Below, in pieces: positions 1-13,139 of a DNA stretch of 64,000 bases. How positions within the stretch are numbered: position 1 is the first letter of the stretch; every line of letters starts with the position of its first letter. The position numbers and the translations under genes are program-made. Under the pieces are notes generated by a model, which did not search any database, was not told the DNA's origin, and saw only the letters and a list, made by a program, of their open reading frames with translations. This stretch comes from Macrostomum hystrix (Eukaryota; Animalia; Platyhelminthes): assembly GCA_950097015.1 (NCBI GenBank), contig CATNEN010000002.1, positions 4,464,001 through 4,528,000 of the forward strand, read 5' to 3'.

Positions 1-1596
1 AGTTAAATAAAATCACATCACTTGAATGATCTACTACCAGTCGTATCGCTTTTCGAAATTCAAATTGACAGCGTAATCTTGCACCTTCGTCTGGACTTCT
101 ACTTTGCTTTTCTGTCAACATCTGCCCGACAGCTTGCCATGTCTCCTGGAGTCTTGCTTCCGGCTTTCAGCAGCTCTCCGGGTGTCTCTGCTGACTTACG
201 AGCTTACGAGTTTGGTGTCTGCTTTCGCGCCAGCCTGCCAGACCATGGCACCTCCACTCCGTAGCATTGGTCCGCTGCTTAGCAATTCATTTCTTTGAAA
301 AGTAATCGGAAGGCCAAATCCGGAGCGGCCGGGTTGTGTTTTAAAATGTGCCAACCGCATGGACAAGCCAGCCGCGGATCATTTACCGAGTGCTTCCATT
401 AGCTGGTCGGCTTCTTATCAGTCGAGGTGTAAAACTGTGCAATATTCTTCTGTGGCTAAGGAAGAAAAATGGTCGAATTTGTCGGTGGAATTCCTATCTG
501 TCTTTTTTTCTTAGTCCGATAACTTTTCTTCATCTTCTTTTAGATTCGAAGCAGGAAATTGTTGAAATTTTTCTACGCACTCGTAACTTCCAATACCTCT
601 CCGCGCATTTGAAATGCAGCTTTTATTGAGTTTTTTTTATCAAACAAATATTAGTTAAAAACATTCCCACTACTACTTAGCTGTCTGATAATTCAGTAGC
701 TTACGTGAGTGAAAATTGCGCTTCTAAACTTCTGCTCTTACAGTTAACTCGTTGTTTCATGCTTTTCGCGAAGAAAGGCATGTGGGGTCAGGTCAGTGAT
801 ACGAGTACTTAAATCTAATTCGTGGCGTTATTTAGGACCTAAAAATCGTATTTTTTAAGTACATGTTACACCGACGTCCACAGATGACTCTCAAACTGTC
901 TCTCGAACTGCCAGACTGAGAATTCGCTTTAAGAACGGATTGTGCAGTTAGTGCCTAATAGTACTTGCAAGCGAGGTCCACTGCTTATGGAAGTGTTGTT
1001 CGAATTAGTAAAACATCGCTCGTTCAAAATTTTTGAGAACTTCTAATATCACAAGAAGCCTCTTAAAAAATAACAATAACATTCTAATTCTCAATTTTCT
1101 AATCATACGCTGGTACTTCACAAAAGTTCATATTAGCAGCGTTCACGTACTCCCCTAATCAAGTGCGCACGAACTCCACGTGAGAACCGAGACGAGACAA
1201 GGTTATTGACAGCTACATTTTGTAATTTGACGAGCGAGAGTCAACTGTCACTCTAAGCTCTGAAAGTAGATGCTGAATTGTTTCTACACGAAAACCTACT
1301 CAAAGTGAATCTCAAAGGCTTAACAATAGGTTATTGACAAGCAGTTCCATTGCTGTCAATCTGTTGAAAGAAGCACGACGCGGCTCACGCACAGCTCACT
1401 ATCAAATATTCATTCTCAAATGCTCACAATTTCCTTTATAGATCGTTCTCTAGGTGTGAATAATCTGTTGTGCAACCAGAGTATCTACTTCAAATTGAAG
1501 TCTCATCTAAAACATACGAGACTTCGCAATCGTTCTGTTTAGATACCTATCAGCTATATTTCCAAAAGGCTGCCTAAGAAGTCACTTTCGGTTGCC

Positions 1597-3050
1597 ATGC
1601 TGCTTCTGTTCATAATCACAATCAGTTGGCATCCCGTGACTGCGGGTGGCTCATTTCAGAGACTTTGGTGGTCGAGTCGCGAGAGCCTCGATAATTACCT
1701 GGCTGTGAGGTTGCGCTCATTTGTTAGTGAAGCCCATTGCATCGCAGCTGCCACTCCCGACTCCGCTGTGCAGCTGGTGGCCTTCAACGCCAGCTCAAGG
1801 CTGTGCACTCACTTCAGGTGTCGCCTGGGCCTGAGCCACTGCAGGAAGTGCCGCAATGCGAACCAGGGAGCTCAGCGAGTGTGGGTGAGTGACGGCTCAG
1901 TTCGCATCTTTTTAATGATGAGTGTTACCGTCTTAGCTGTTTTTACTCCGTGTCATCATTCCAGACAGCTACAAATGAGTGCTGGACCACCGTGCAGCAC
2001 AGGGTGTCCCGCTCGGTTGACTTTTACCGCAACTGGACTCAGTACCAGAGCGAGTTCGGCGATGGACCCGACGGAAACTACTGGATAGGTTGAGTTCTTG
2101 TTTTGATTTTAAGAACCGTACGACATCAGGCGGTGAATGAAGAGCGATTAAAGCGTTTGCCTCTCGCACCAAGGTCCCTGAAAACGATTTCATGGCGAGG
2201 CCACATTCATTTGGGGGCGCAGATGCGGTGAAAAGTCTTGGAGGCTGGTCGTGCGATTTACGCCTTTGAGGGCCAACCTCCAAGGCGCAGTGAGAGTGTA
2301 CACTGCCTGACGATTATAAAGTCAAGGCGGATGTACACACCTGTGTGAGTGTGGGCTTGCGTACAGTATCCGTGTGCATGTATGCTCTGGACTCAGCGAA
2401 ACGGACGGAATTGCGTCCTCGCTTGTTGCGAGTCTAGTGTCACGAATAATTGTTTTCCAATGATTGTTTGGCCATTGTTTGCAGCCCTACCGCAATTATT
2501 ATTATTATTATTATTACCGTAACATATAAATAGTATTAAATCATTAGACGGCAATTGATAAAAGCACTCAGCAGTGTTTCATAATAAAAATCCTGTATTC
2601 CAGTTGCTTAGTTATTGCAACTCTGCAGGTCTGAACCAGCTGCATGCTCTGACTGGAGTCGAAAAGCGCAAGCTCAGGTTCCTGATGAAGATGTGGAATG
2701 ACACGGAGGTCTGGGCTGAGTACTCCAGCTTCTCCGTGGGTCCCGAGTCCGACAACTACCGTCTGAACGTGTCCGGCTTCTCAGCCATTGACGGAGTCGG
2801 CGACTGCTTGATTCGATACAGCGGCGCGCAGTTCAGCACCATTGATGCCAACCACGACGTATCATTGATGAGCTGCTCGAGCTACTACCGAGGTGCCTGG
2901 TGGTTCGCGGGATGCTTCTGCACTCATCCGAATGGACAGTACAAGGAAGTTGACGTCGCGATTGGAGGCCCGTTAGCACAAGGAATAATTTGGTCGCGTT
3001 TCTATGGCTTCCACTACTCTCTCATGGAGATTGAGATGCTCATTCTCTAA
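1597..3050 (+). CDS. Secreted PAN/apple-like + fibrinogen-related domain protein (FReD-1), 3 exons
   Basis: Exons 1597-1884, 1965-2088, 2629-3050 with GT-AG introns and consistent phases (0, 1). Hydrophobic signal peptide. FReD motifs [21 protein letters not shown]...[37 protein letters not shown]. Confidence 0.9.
2127..2517 (+). mobile_element. SINE family A (tRNA-derived head, (ATT)n tail), in FReD-1 intron 2
   Basis: Shared body gcctctcgcaccaaggtccctgagctcgattccgcggcgaggccacatt...ctgacgatgagaaagtcag...; B-box-like gctcgattcc; ATT tail. Confidence 0.85.
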
Positions 3051-5252
3051 GAAAATTGTGGCAAAGCAAGCGACTTTGGAAAAAAGCAAGCTTCTAAAAA
3101 TGAACATTCTACCCACTTCTAACAGTAGTTGCGATCGAGAATATCTAATTATATTGTCAATGGAAAGTTTATAAGCTTGAAGTCACTGCAACATAACGAA
3201 TATGTACCACAAATATTTAAAACTTAAACCATGTTTTATCATATAGACTTTTTTGGCTACAACCTCGTTAGTATGTTATATAAATTTTGTAACCTCTTTT
3301 GAAAGGCTGAAAATGAGGTACGTAACAAAAGAAAACAGTTATCGATGAATAAGAAACCTTAATTCTTTGTACTATTTAGCTTGTTTTTGCTGTTTACTGG
3401 AAGCTTACAAGCTTACACTTTTTATAACAAAATTTTGTCTGTCTGAATCTAAATACAGTAGTCACAGTAAGAAGTGACTGATCTAGAACCTTCAACAGTG
3501 GAGTTAGACCACGCGAGGTATTTCAAATAACTACATTTTTATATGCCATAAAATATTCAACCAAAATCCAGATAAAAGGCTAAAAATGTACACTCTACGC
3601 GATCGACTTTTAGAATCACAAAACATTGCACGACGATGCTCGACGATGCTGACTCGGACGACTTTGAAAGTTGGTTCATCGAATAAGGGCGGAAATTTTT
3701 GATCCGTGCGATGGACTTTCACGAAAACCGGTCGTTCGGTTCACGAGCTATCGTGAAGTAGGAAGTGGGTATTTGAATTACCCCAGTTGTGTTTCCCCAG
3801 CAAGAAAAACGGCGTGGATTTTTCACTGTTTACAAGGCCTGTGTCATAACTGTGCGTTATGATATATAAAATATATAAAATGTATTATTAAAGTAACAAG
3901 TAAGAAATTGATCACTTTATCTGAGTTCGGATCCAGTTCCGGTTTTTTGCTTTTTCCTAGTGCTAATTGAAATATATATAAATTAGCTATATTTCTGTAT
4001 GACGCCGAGACATGAACTCTGAAGGTCCGCCTTGGAGCAGCAGCTGGACGCTTTGAATGCGGCCATGCTGGGTGCGGCGTTCGGGGTTGGCAACGGCAGC
4101 GAGACCAATGCCTGAGCGCCTGAGTGATGCTGATGCCCTAGATCGGGTGTGACTTTCTGAGTCGTTGGCCCGGAGACGCGACATCCCCCTTTCTGGCCAC
4201 TTTGTGGCTAGCAGCAGCAGTTCGTTGTTTTTTTGTTATAATTCGGATTGCAGCACCTATTAATAGCAATTCATTTTTTAGCTCTATCGATGTCTTTCCA
4301 GTCCTAAACAAAATTATGCTTCTCGATTTGCAGAGTTTTGATTATTAAGGATTTCAGCCCTCTTAAAAAAGTCAAAGACGATTTTGAAATCTCAATTTTA
4401 GGCAAGAAAACTTTAGCAAAAATGAATTTTTGTCCTTTGATTTTAAATTAGACTTGGATTTAGATTTTGGAGAATGACAATTAGGAAAGCTGCTACCAAA
4501 CCATATGAACATCAACGACAGTCGATCAGACAACTTAACATCCGTTTACACTGAGTCTGAGCACGGGTACACAGGTAAACATTACACAGGTCTTAATGTG
4601 TCTTACGGAATCGCCGATTATGGGTGTTCGACTATGAACTATTTGAAGGGGATCATCCACGGACAGGGATTATTGTTGCATACTGTGATTTAGTCAGTGG
4701 TACACTGTGGATGCGAATTTCATAGTTCTCGCGTTTAGAGATTTTTACTTCTGAGCTAGCTGAGCAACCTAGACTGTTTGTTAAGTAGCCCTGGGACTAA
4801 GGTTTCATTGCTTATTCAGCAAATATTCCTTTGTGTAGCATTTCTATTGGAAGAGAAAGCATACGTCTTTAGTTTGAGCCTCAATTTCCAATGCCTCTGA
4901 ATTTATTAGAGTATTTTTCCTATGAATTTTGCATTCGTAATGATGAAACCATGACTTTACTACGCTGTTTCTCCAAGGCATTTTTATGCTTCAAAGCAGT
5001 CCTGATGTCCGTCTACCTTGCGGGATTAAATAAAATCGGACTTATAAAAGTCAGAAATATTCCTTCACAATTATTGACTGTACAAGACTGCTCACTTAGA
5101 GGCACGACGTCAAACTCTAGAAGGGTGATTAAAGTTACATGCAACAATAAGTTTCAGAGTTTTAACTTTTTCCAACTAATTCCCCACAGACCACACACTA
5201 AAATTAATATATTTTTTTTCTGAGAACCATTGCTTGATTCTTTTCTAAAGCA

Positions 5253-6393
5253 ATGCCATTCAACAAAACTTTACTCGTGATGGTGACAGTTTTTCTGCTA
5301 CTAGTTGCGGCCCAACCTTCAGCATCTGCGGCTGACTCACCCCGGAGAACCTGGTGGTCGAGCCGCGAGAGTCTCTCTGACTACGAGGCTGCGAGGTCGC
5401 TCTCGTCTCTGTCTGAAGTCAACTGCATCGAAGCTGCCACATTTGACTCCGCTGTGCAGCTGGTGGTCTTCAACGCCAGCTCAAGGCTGTGCGCTCACTT
5501 CAGGTGTCGCCTGGGCCTGAGTCACTGCAGGAAGTGCCGCAATGCGAACCAGGGAGCTCAGCGAGTGTGGGTGAGTCAGCTCAGTTCAGTATTTTTAAGG
5601 CACAGCTGTGTTACAAAAAACTTGTTTTACATTCTGCAGATAGCTAGCAATGAGTGTTGGACCATCGTGCAGCACAGGGTGTCCGGCTCGGTGGACTTTT
5701 ACCGCAACTGGACTCAGTACCAGAGCGGTTTCGGTGAAGGACCCGACGGAAACTTCTGGATCGGTATGGTCGCATTATTTAGGAACTTGTTTTAAGTTTC
5801 AAAGATTCAATTATAATTTCGATTCATAAATTATCAAAAGCCAGTCTTCTTCCAAAGTCATGTTTTTGTCCAAGCGATTTGTCAAATCCAAGCTTCACTG
5901 ATCGCTATCGATCATGCCAGTTTGTAAATATTCGTACAGGGAACAACTGATTTGTTATTTTTTCGCAGGCCTGAACTCACTGCATGCTCTCACCGAGTCT
6001 AAAAATAGAAGGCTGCGCATCTTCATGAAGCTGTGGAACGGCACCGGTGAGGGTTGGGCTGAGTATTCCAGCTTCTCCGTGGGTCCCGTGGCAGATAGTT
6101 ACCGTTTGAATTTGACCGGCTTCTCTGCCAGTGCCGGAGTTGGAGACTGTTTCGCTCAAAACAACGGCATGCAGTTCAGCACAATGGACGCTGATCATGA
6201 TCTCTCAGACACAAATTGCGCTGAGAGATTTTTCGGTGCCTGGTGGTTCAGCAGTTGCTTCTGTACGCACCTGAATGGACAGTACAGGGACTCTGACAGC
6301 GCAGTGGGCGGACCGTTCGCTCAAGGAGTCATCTGGTCTGGTTACCGTGGAACCAGCTATTCTTACCTGGAGGCTGAGATGCTGCTTCTTTGA
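5253..6393 (+). CDS. Secreted PAN-like + FReD protein (FReD-2), 3 exons
   Basis: Exons 5253-5570, 5640-5763, 5969-6393. Same intron positions and phases as FReD-1, same 124-nt exon 2, signal peptide and all FReD motifs. Confidence 0.9.
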
Positions 6394-7323
6394 ATCGCAA
6401 TTCAAACAGCTATTTAAACCCAGCTTTGCTCCAATGATTGTGTACAACAGTTCAGTCCAAGGACTAGGAAGTCCACTAAACCAATCCGAATTTACTGCTT
6501 ACCTTAGCTCATGATACGAATGCACTTAGTATCCATGCGAAGCTAGGTGAGCTGGGTCATTAGGGAATTAACGAAGGCTCTCACTAAAAGACAAAGTCTT
6601 TTGAGTCTTGCAGAGTCTTGCAGACTCTGCAAGTTTTCCCCTTTAGCTGGATTCGAAAATCTAACCATTTTCAGTCAGAAGTCACAATGTTCTACCCAAC
6701 TGGGCTATCGCTGAAAAATTCTACATCGTTTGATGTAGTGCTTTAATTGCTTTTTGTCGGCTAAATTTGCAATTCTGTGTTTTCAAAAGACTGTTTAATG
6801 TATAATTCGTAGGATGCTAAAACCTGGCTGAAAATGATTGCTAGCATTCTTTCTCGAAATTTTTTTATTAAAAAAATAATCAATAATTCTTTACTAACCA
6901 ATATATTTATGTACTGCCTTAATTAAATTTATTTTTTTTTCAATGGCTTGGGCCTAGGACTCCACCAGTACAGATCGAGGATGGATTTGATTGACACCTG
7001 CAGCAGCTCAAAGTGAATAACATAGCTCGTATATGGTCTGGGTATCGCGAGCTAGAGGGCTCTTTGAGTTTATGAGTGTCATTTATGAAGTCCTTGATGA
7101 TTATTCAATCACCAGAATTTCATACATTGCTAGTTCTACTGAGACGCGAGTACATTTTATAAAAAACTGCATGTTAATTTGTTTGCTATTTTTATTATAA
7201 CGCATTTTAAACTTCGCTACGGTGATAATAGTACAATGTCTTACGATGAAAAGCACAGGTGTACAGAAATGTGCCTACGGCCATGTGATTTTCAGTAATA
7301 CTATTATACTTTTATTATCTTCC

Positions 7324-7655
7324 GGGGGTCAGTGGTAGAGCGCTAAACGCGTCTGCCTCTCGCACCAAGGTCCCTGAGCTCGATTCCGCGGCGAGGTCAC
7401 ATTTATTTGAGGCGAAGGCCGCGGAGAGAAGGCTTTTGGGGCTTTTCGTGCAACTTACGCCATTTGAGGGCCAACCTCCAAGGCACAGGAGAGTGTGCAC
7501 TGCCTGACGATGAGAAAGTCAGGGCAGATGTACACACTTGTGTGAGCGTATGCCTGTGCACAGTATCTGTGTACGTATGTGCTCGGGAGTCAGCGGAATG
7601 GGAAAAATTGCCTCGTCGCTGGCTGCGGGTCTCCTCCTTCAATTATTTTTATTAT
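7324..7655 (+). mobile_element. SINE family A copy
   Basis: Full head gggggtcagtggtagagcg... and shared body and tail. Confidence 0.85.
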
Positions 7656-8203
7656 TCTTCTCTTTCATTTTATTTCACTATTTCTTTCTAGGTTTCTGTT
7701 TAACAATACGTGTTGACTGAGCCGTCGATACAAAAAATATTGCATGGATAAATAGATCGTGGTTAATTTCAAGGAAAAACACGGATGCGTCACTCCGTGT
7801 TCATCAATATCAACACCTGTCATGCCACGACATTCTGCATCAGAATTTTTAACTAGTTTTTCTAAATGCTTTCAGTCGTAGACAGTTCGATTTTATTAAA
7901 AATAATTCAAGCTGTGTCTTCACTGCATCACATACCATTAAGACTTCACGAGTCCGCGATACATGTGTAGTCAGTTAGAGAAAAAACTTTTGACATAACA
8001 ATTAGACAGACTTGTCAATTCTTTTACGTCAATCGTTTCAGTTATCAATTTGCATATAAGTTTAATACATTTTTTGTCAATCGCTTAAAATTAACGCTTT
8101 AAATTAAAAGCCCACATTCTTCGATTAGTGTCGTGTGAATATGCCGTGCCTTGTGTCTGCAGCAGGTGACAAAAGGTGAGATCAGGAATGCTTTGATCTA
8201 CAA

Positions 8204-8967
8204 CAGGGGTAGGCAAACTTATTTGCTGGCGGGCCAAAGAGAGAACCTAAAAGACGACAGCGGGCCGCATTGACTGTATAAATATGAGATAGGGGAGGGA
8301 TTAGACACGGGAGAGATTAGACAGGGGAGAGATAAGACAGGGGAGAGATTAGACACGGGAGAGATAAGACACGGGAGAGATAAGACACGGGAGAGATAAG
8401 ACACGGGAGAGATTAGACAGGGGAGAGATTAGACACGGGAGAGATGAGACACGGGAGAGATTAGACACGGGAGAGATGAGGCACGGGAGAGATTAGACAC
8501 GGGAGAGATGAGACACAGGAGAGATTAGACACGGGAGAGATGAGACACAGGAGAGATAAGACAGGGGAGAGATTAGACACGTGAGAGATAAGACAGGGGA
8601 GAGATTAGACATGGGAGAGATTAGACACAGGAGAGATTAGACACAGGAGAGATGAGACACAGGAGATATTAGACACGGGAGAGATAAGACACGGGAGAGA
8701 TAAGACACGGGAGAGATAAGACACGGGAGAGATAAGACACGGGAGAGATAAGACACGGGAGAGATAAGACACGGGAGAGATAAGACACGGGAGAGATAAG
8801 ACACGGGAGAGATAAGACACGGGAGAGATAAGACACGGGAGAGATAAGACACGGGAGAGATAAGACACGGGAGAGATAAGACACGGGAGAGATAAGACAC
8901 GAGAGAGATAAGACACGGGAGAGATAAGACACGGGAGAGATAAGACACGGGAGAGATAAGACACGAG
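8204..8967 (+). mobile_element. Same hAT MITE, left arm plus 16-bp array (acacgggagagataag)n, right arm missing
   Basis: CAGGGGTAGGCAAACTT followed by ~90 nt nearly identical to 55380-55470, then the array, which joins directly to FReD-3 sequence. Confidence 0.8.
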
Positions 8968-9881
8968 AGCGAAGCTTGGATATTCGGGCGAAATTGGCAG
9001 CCAAGCCGCGAGAGCCTCTCTGACTATACGAGGCTGTGAGGTCCGATTCGGCTTTTTCTGATGTCGAGTGTATAACAGCTGCCAGCCGTGGTCCACTGTG
9101 CAGCTGGTGACTTTCAATGTCAGCTCAAGGCTGTGCACTCACCTCAGGTGCCGCATGGGCCTGAGCCACTGCAGGCAGTGTCGCAATGTGAAGTTAGATG
9201 CTCCGGAACTGTGGAGAAGCAGCGAGTGCTGGACCACCGTGCAGCACAGGGTGTCCGGCTCGGTGGACTTTTACCGCAACTGGACTCAGTACCAGAGCGG
9301 TTTCGGCGAGGGACCTGACGGAAATTATTGGATCGGTAAGGTGTATAAATCTTATAACTGTCGCAGTTCGACAATAAAATTTCCTTAGGGATGTCATAAA
9401 GATAAACCTGATATTAAGTTGAAACTCATAGCTAGCCACAAAAACTTTCACCGGCCTGAATTCATTGCCAATCTTACGAAGTCCAGCATTCGCAAGCTCA
9501 GATTTGTGATGAAGCTTTGGAATGACACCGAGGGCTGGGCTGAGTACTCCAACTTCTCTGTTGGTCCTGAGTCTGACAAATACCGACTCAGTGTCTCCGG
9601 CTGCTCCTCCAGTGCTGGCGTTGGAGATAGTCTTGTCAACTCAGGCAACGGTCGCCAGTTCACTACTTTCGATTTCGATAACGACTTGGCGGATTTTAAC
9701 TGCGCTGAATTGTACTTCGGCGGTTGGTGGTTCGACTCATGCTTTGGAACTAACCCGAACGGACAGTACAAGAACTTCTCTGCTGCAACTCGTGGACCGT
9801 ACGCCCACGGAATACTATGGAACTATTACTATGCATGGCTTCAACTATTTAATGATGGAAATTGAAATGCTGCTTATCTGA
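8968..9881 (+). pseudogene. FReD-3 pseudogene (5' end lost, frameshifts, dead acceptor, intron 1 absent)
   Basis: Homologous to FReD-1/2/4 from ~8990. Indels near 9027 and 9088. Intron-2 donor at 9336, but the acceptor reads CCG (9451-9453) instead of CAG. A frameshift near 9830 splits WNYYY from HGFNYLMMEIEMLLI. No signal-peptide region is visible; the sequence abuts a hAT-MITE minisatellite. Confidence 0.85.
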
Positions 9882-11101
9882 GGCAACTGTAATCGGAGAC
9901 GATACGAGCGACTAAATAATGAGTTGGTTTTCAGCTTACTCTACGAGTACATGTACTGCATTCCAAGGTTACTGGCTAATTAGCTAATTAAGTATAACCA
10001 ATTTATGAATTAATAATACAAAAGTAGATTGGGCGATTATACTAAAATTTAGGTTAAAAAATGTTTTGCGAAAACTCGATCTACAAATGTATTTATAGGA
10101 CCAAGCTTCGAAGCTAGAAAATAAAAAGGCAGATTATAAAAAGTCTTGTCTCAGAGTAGCGTCGTTTCTGTTCTAACTCTAAACATGTTTCGTCTAAAGC
10201 GCTCCCTGCAAATCTTCTGTTATTTTTGTGCTTTTCTGCGTCATTAAGCGCTGTGTTTTGTCCACAGCTGTTAGGCTCTGGAAACACAGCTATATCCTTT
10301 ACTAATTCGACTCGACAATACCTAGGCATGCCCTATTTTCATAGGGTGTTTCTTGGCTTGCAGTATCTCACAGGCCATGCTGTTGTGATTTTCCCAGACG
10401 AAAATACTACAAGATGCACCTCTGTTGTGCGTTTGCGATCATTGTACTTGGAACTTTTCTCTGGAGAACTCTTATTAAAATTGCAACTTTGTGGACAACT
10501 TTTGCAGTGCATGACGACTGATCAAAACTTCATTAGATTTCAAAGAAAGAAATAAAACACGCCTTCGTATTTTTCTTCTGCCCAGGCTCTGCCTCACTGC
10601 CTCTGACTATTGTGAATATTTTAGCTACGACGAAAATTTAGTTTTGTGTCGCACTGCTGGGAAAATTATTGGAAAGCCGACAATGCAGAAAGAGCGCCAC
10701 GTATGCAGGATTGACAACAGTTTAACCAATCGATACTTTACTTAAAGCGCTATGCTCATGGCAACATCCTTTTAGAAAATGAATAATTGATGCATTAGCA
10801 AGAATTTATCTAATATATATAGAATAGAAAGAAAGCGTGTGGAAGTACCTGCCCGCCTCGTTGCTAATTAGACTGACGACTAAATACACACCTTTTTAGA
10901 CATAGGGCATCTGGAAGGAGGTAAATTTACATCATATTGCCGAAATATTTGCGCACTGACTTATTTTTCCCCCAAAAGTTTAAAGTTTTCCAGCAAGTGG
11001 TTTAGCTCGTACACAAAATAATAAATACTTGCAGCCCAACTGTAATGATATTAGCTTTTTTATTTCCGACCCAATCTCATCATCGAACCACCAAGAAAGA
11101 C

Positions 11102-12336
11102 ATGCTGCTCAAAGCAGTTCAGTGGCCATCCATTATTCTGCTTCTCGCTGCTTTCCATCAAAGTATTGTGGAGGCCGCCTTAACTCAAAGCGTATGGTGG
11201 TCGAGTCGTGAGAGCCTCTCTGACTACGAGGTAGTCTTCACGAAATTAACCCAGTCTGTTGTCCAATGCACCGCAGCAGCGAGCCGTGACTTCTCCGTGC
11301 AGCTGGTGGCCTTCAACGCTAGCTCAAGGCTGTGCACTCACTTCAGGTGTCGCCTGGGCCTGAGCCACTGCAGGAAGTGCCGCAATGCGAACCAGGTAGC
11401 TCAGCGAGTTTGGGTGAGTGACTGCTCACTAAAGGTCATTGTCATCATAAGCTCATGAGCGAGAATAGTTACTTTCCACTACCTCGTGATATCAATTGTC
11501 TCCGTTGCAGACATCAAGCAGTGAGTGCTGGACCACCGTGCAGCGCAGGGTGTCCGGCTCCGTCGACTTTTACCGCAACTGGACTCAGTACCAGAGCGAG
11601 TTCGGCGAGGGACCCGACGGAAACTACTGGATAGGTTAATTGTTGCTAAATTTTATAAAGCCGCAATCATTTCGCGGTGGGTTTGTTTGGATAAAATTTC
11701 AACTATACCACACTAATAGTTGTTTTATCTGTACATGATGCACACGAATGCAAATGAAAAGACTTGTCTGGGAAAAAACAGTTAGCTCGTACATTATTTT
11801 TATAAGCGTAACATATAACCCAAAATCACTTCAAATATTTGAACCAGCTGCGTATTTTATTGAGCACTGGCTTCAACTACTACAAGGCTTCGATAATTTT
11901 TTACTTTTTGATAGGCCTCAACGCCCTACATGCTCTGACTAGAGTAAAAAACCGCAAGCTCAGGTTCCTGATGAAGATGTGGAATGACACGGAGGGCTGG
12001 GCTGAGTACTCCAGCTTCTCCGTGGGTCCCGAGTCCGACAACTACCGTCTGAACGTGTCCGGCTTCTCAGCCAGTCCCGGAGTCGGCGACTGCTTTGCAC
12101 AGGGTAGCGGCTTGCAGTTCAGCACAATGGACGCAAACCATGATACATCAGCTGGCAACTGTGCTACCTATTTCCGAGGCGCCTGGTGGTTCGCCGCATG
12201 TTTCTGCACCCATCCGAACGGCCAGTACAAGGAAGCTGACGTCGCGATTGGAGGTCCGTTTGCACAAGGAATAATTTGGTCGCGTTTCTATGGCTTCCAC
12301 TACTCTCTCATGGAGATTGAGATGCTCATTCTCTAA
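11102..12336 (+). CDS. Secreted PAN-like + FReD protein (FReD-4), 3 exons
   Basis: Exons 11102-11413, 11511-11634, 11915-12336. Signal peptide [25 protein letters not shown]. Conserved intron phases and FReD motifs. Confidence 0.9.
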
Positions 12337-12386
12337 GAAAATTGTGGCAAAGCAAGCGACTTTGGAAAAAAGCAAGCTCCTAAAAA

Positions 12387-12533
12387 TTCGCCGCATGTTT
12401 CTGCACCCATCCGAACGGCCAGTACAAGGAATTCGAAGACGCGATCGGAGGCCCGATCGCAACAGGAATCGTGTGGATTTATTTCTCTGGCTCCCATTAT
12501 TCTCGGTCGCATAATGAGATGCTTATCATCTAG
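12387..12533 (+). pseudogene. Displaced alternative FReD C-terminal cassette (49 codons, open to TAG, then AATAAA)
   Basis: Translates [48 protein letters not shown]. The first 45 nt exactly repeat 12190-12234. AATAAA at 12534-12539. Confidence 0.85.
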
Positions 12534-13139
12534 AATAAAGTACTATGTGGACACACTGATCAGGGTTATTGATAGACCTTAATTCCTTGAGGCTAGACTC
12601 TAGGATTTCCTGGATAGTTTATTCAATCTTGCATTCCTCATTTTCTTGATTCAACTGTGGAGAATTGTTTTTAGCTCTAAAATAACTTATTTAAAATGTT
12701 TGAAATTAAAAGATAAAATTCATAAGCCTACAGTAAAAAAACTAAAAAATCTCAAAAGGAAAACTTTCTAACCAGTACCTCGTACACTGAGCATTGCACC
12801 CTGTACTGTACCTTGTACCCTGTACGACCGACTTGTAGACCAAACGCTGACGAGATGATCTGAGGCTATTAGCTCGTACTATGGCCTTTCCATTTTTTAT
12901 TTTCTGACTCCTTCTGCCGGCCATGGCGGTGGTGATAATTAGACAAGCAATCGGTTCATTGGCACTTTTTTGTCACCAGTGACAACTACAATCAGTGCAT
13001 TGATAGTTATGTTATAGATAGTTATGTATCTGCGAAAACGAAGGCCTGCTTGATGAATGACAACCTTCAATAGAGATGCACATTCTCTATCACAAAATTT
13101 CACATCGTCAAATTTACGATAGCAAATTTTTATAGTTTT

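Noticed and set aside
3987-4200. GC-rich island with short ORFs on both strands
   Set aside because: No domain, no consistent splice partners; left unannotated.
7500-7530. CTGACGA...GAAA in SINE A as a hammerhead core
   Set aside because: Only 3 nt lie between CTGACGA and GAAA, so there is no stem II, and the segment forms a simple hairpin.
8219-9138. Repetitive ORFs (SYLSRVLSLPCLISPV)n, and similar ones at 35592-36393, 42021-43031 and 55379-56442
   Set aside because: Translations of tandem repeats in multiple frames; not credible proteins.
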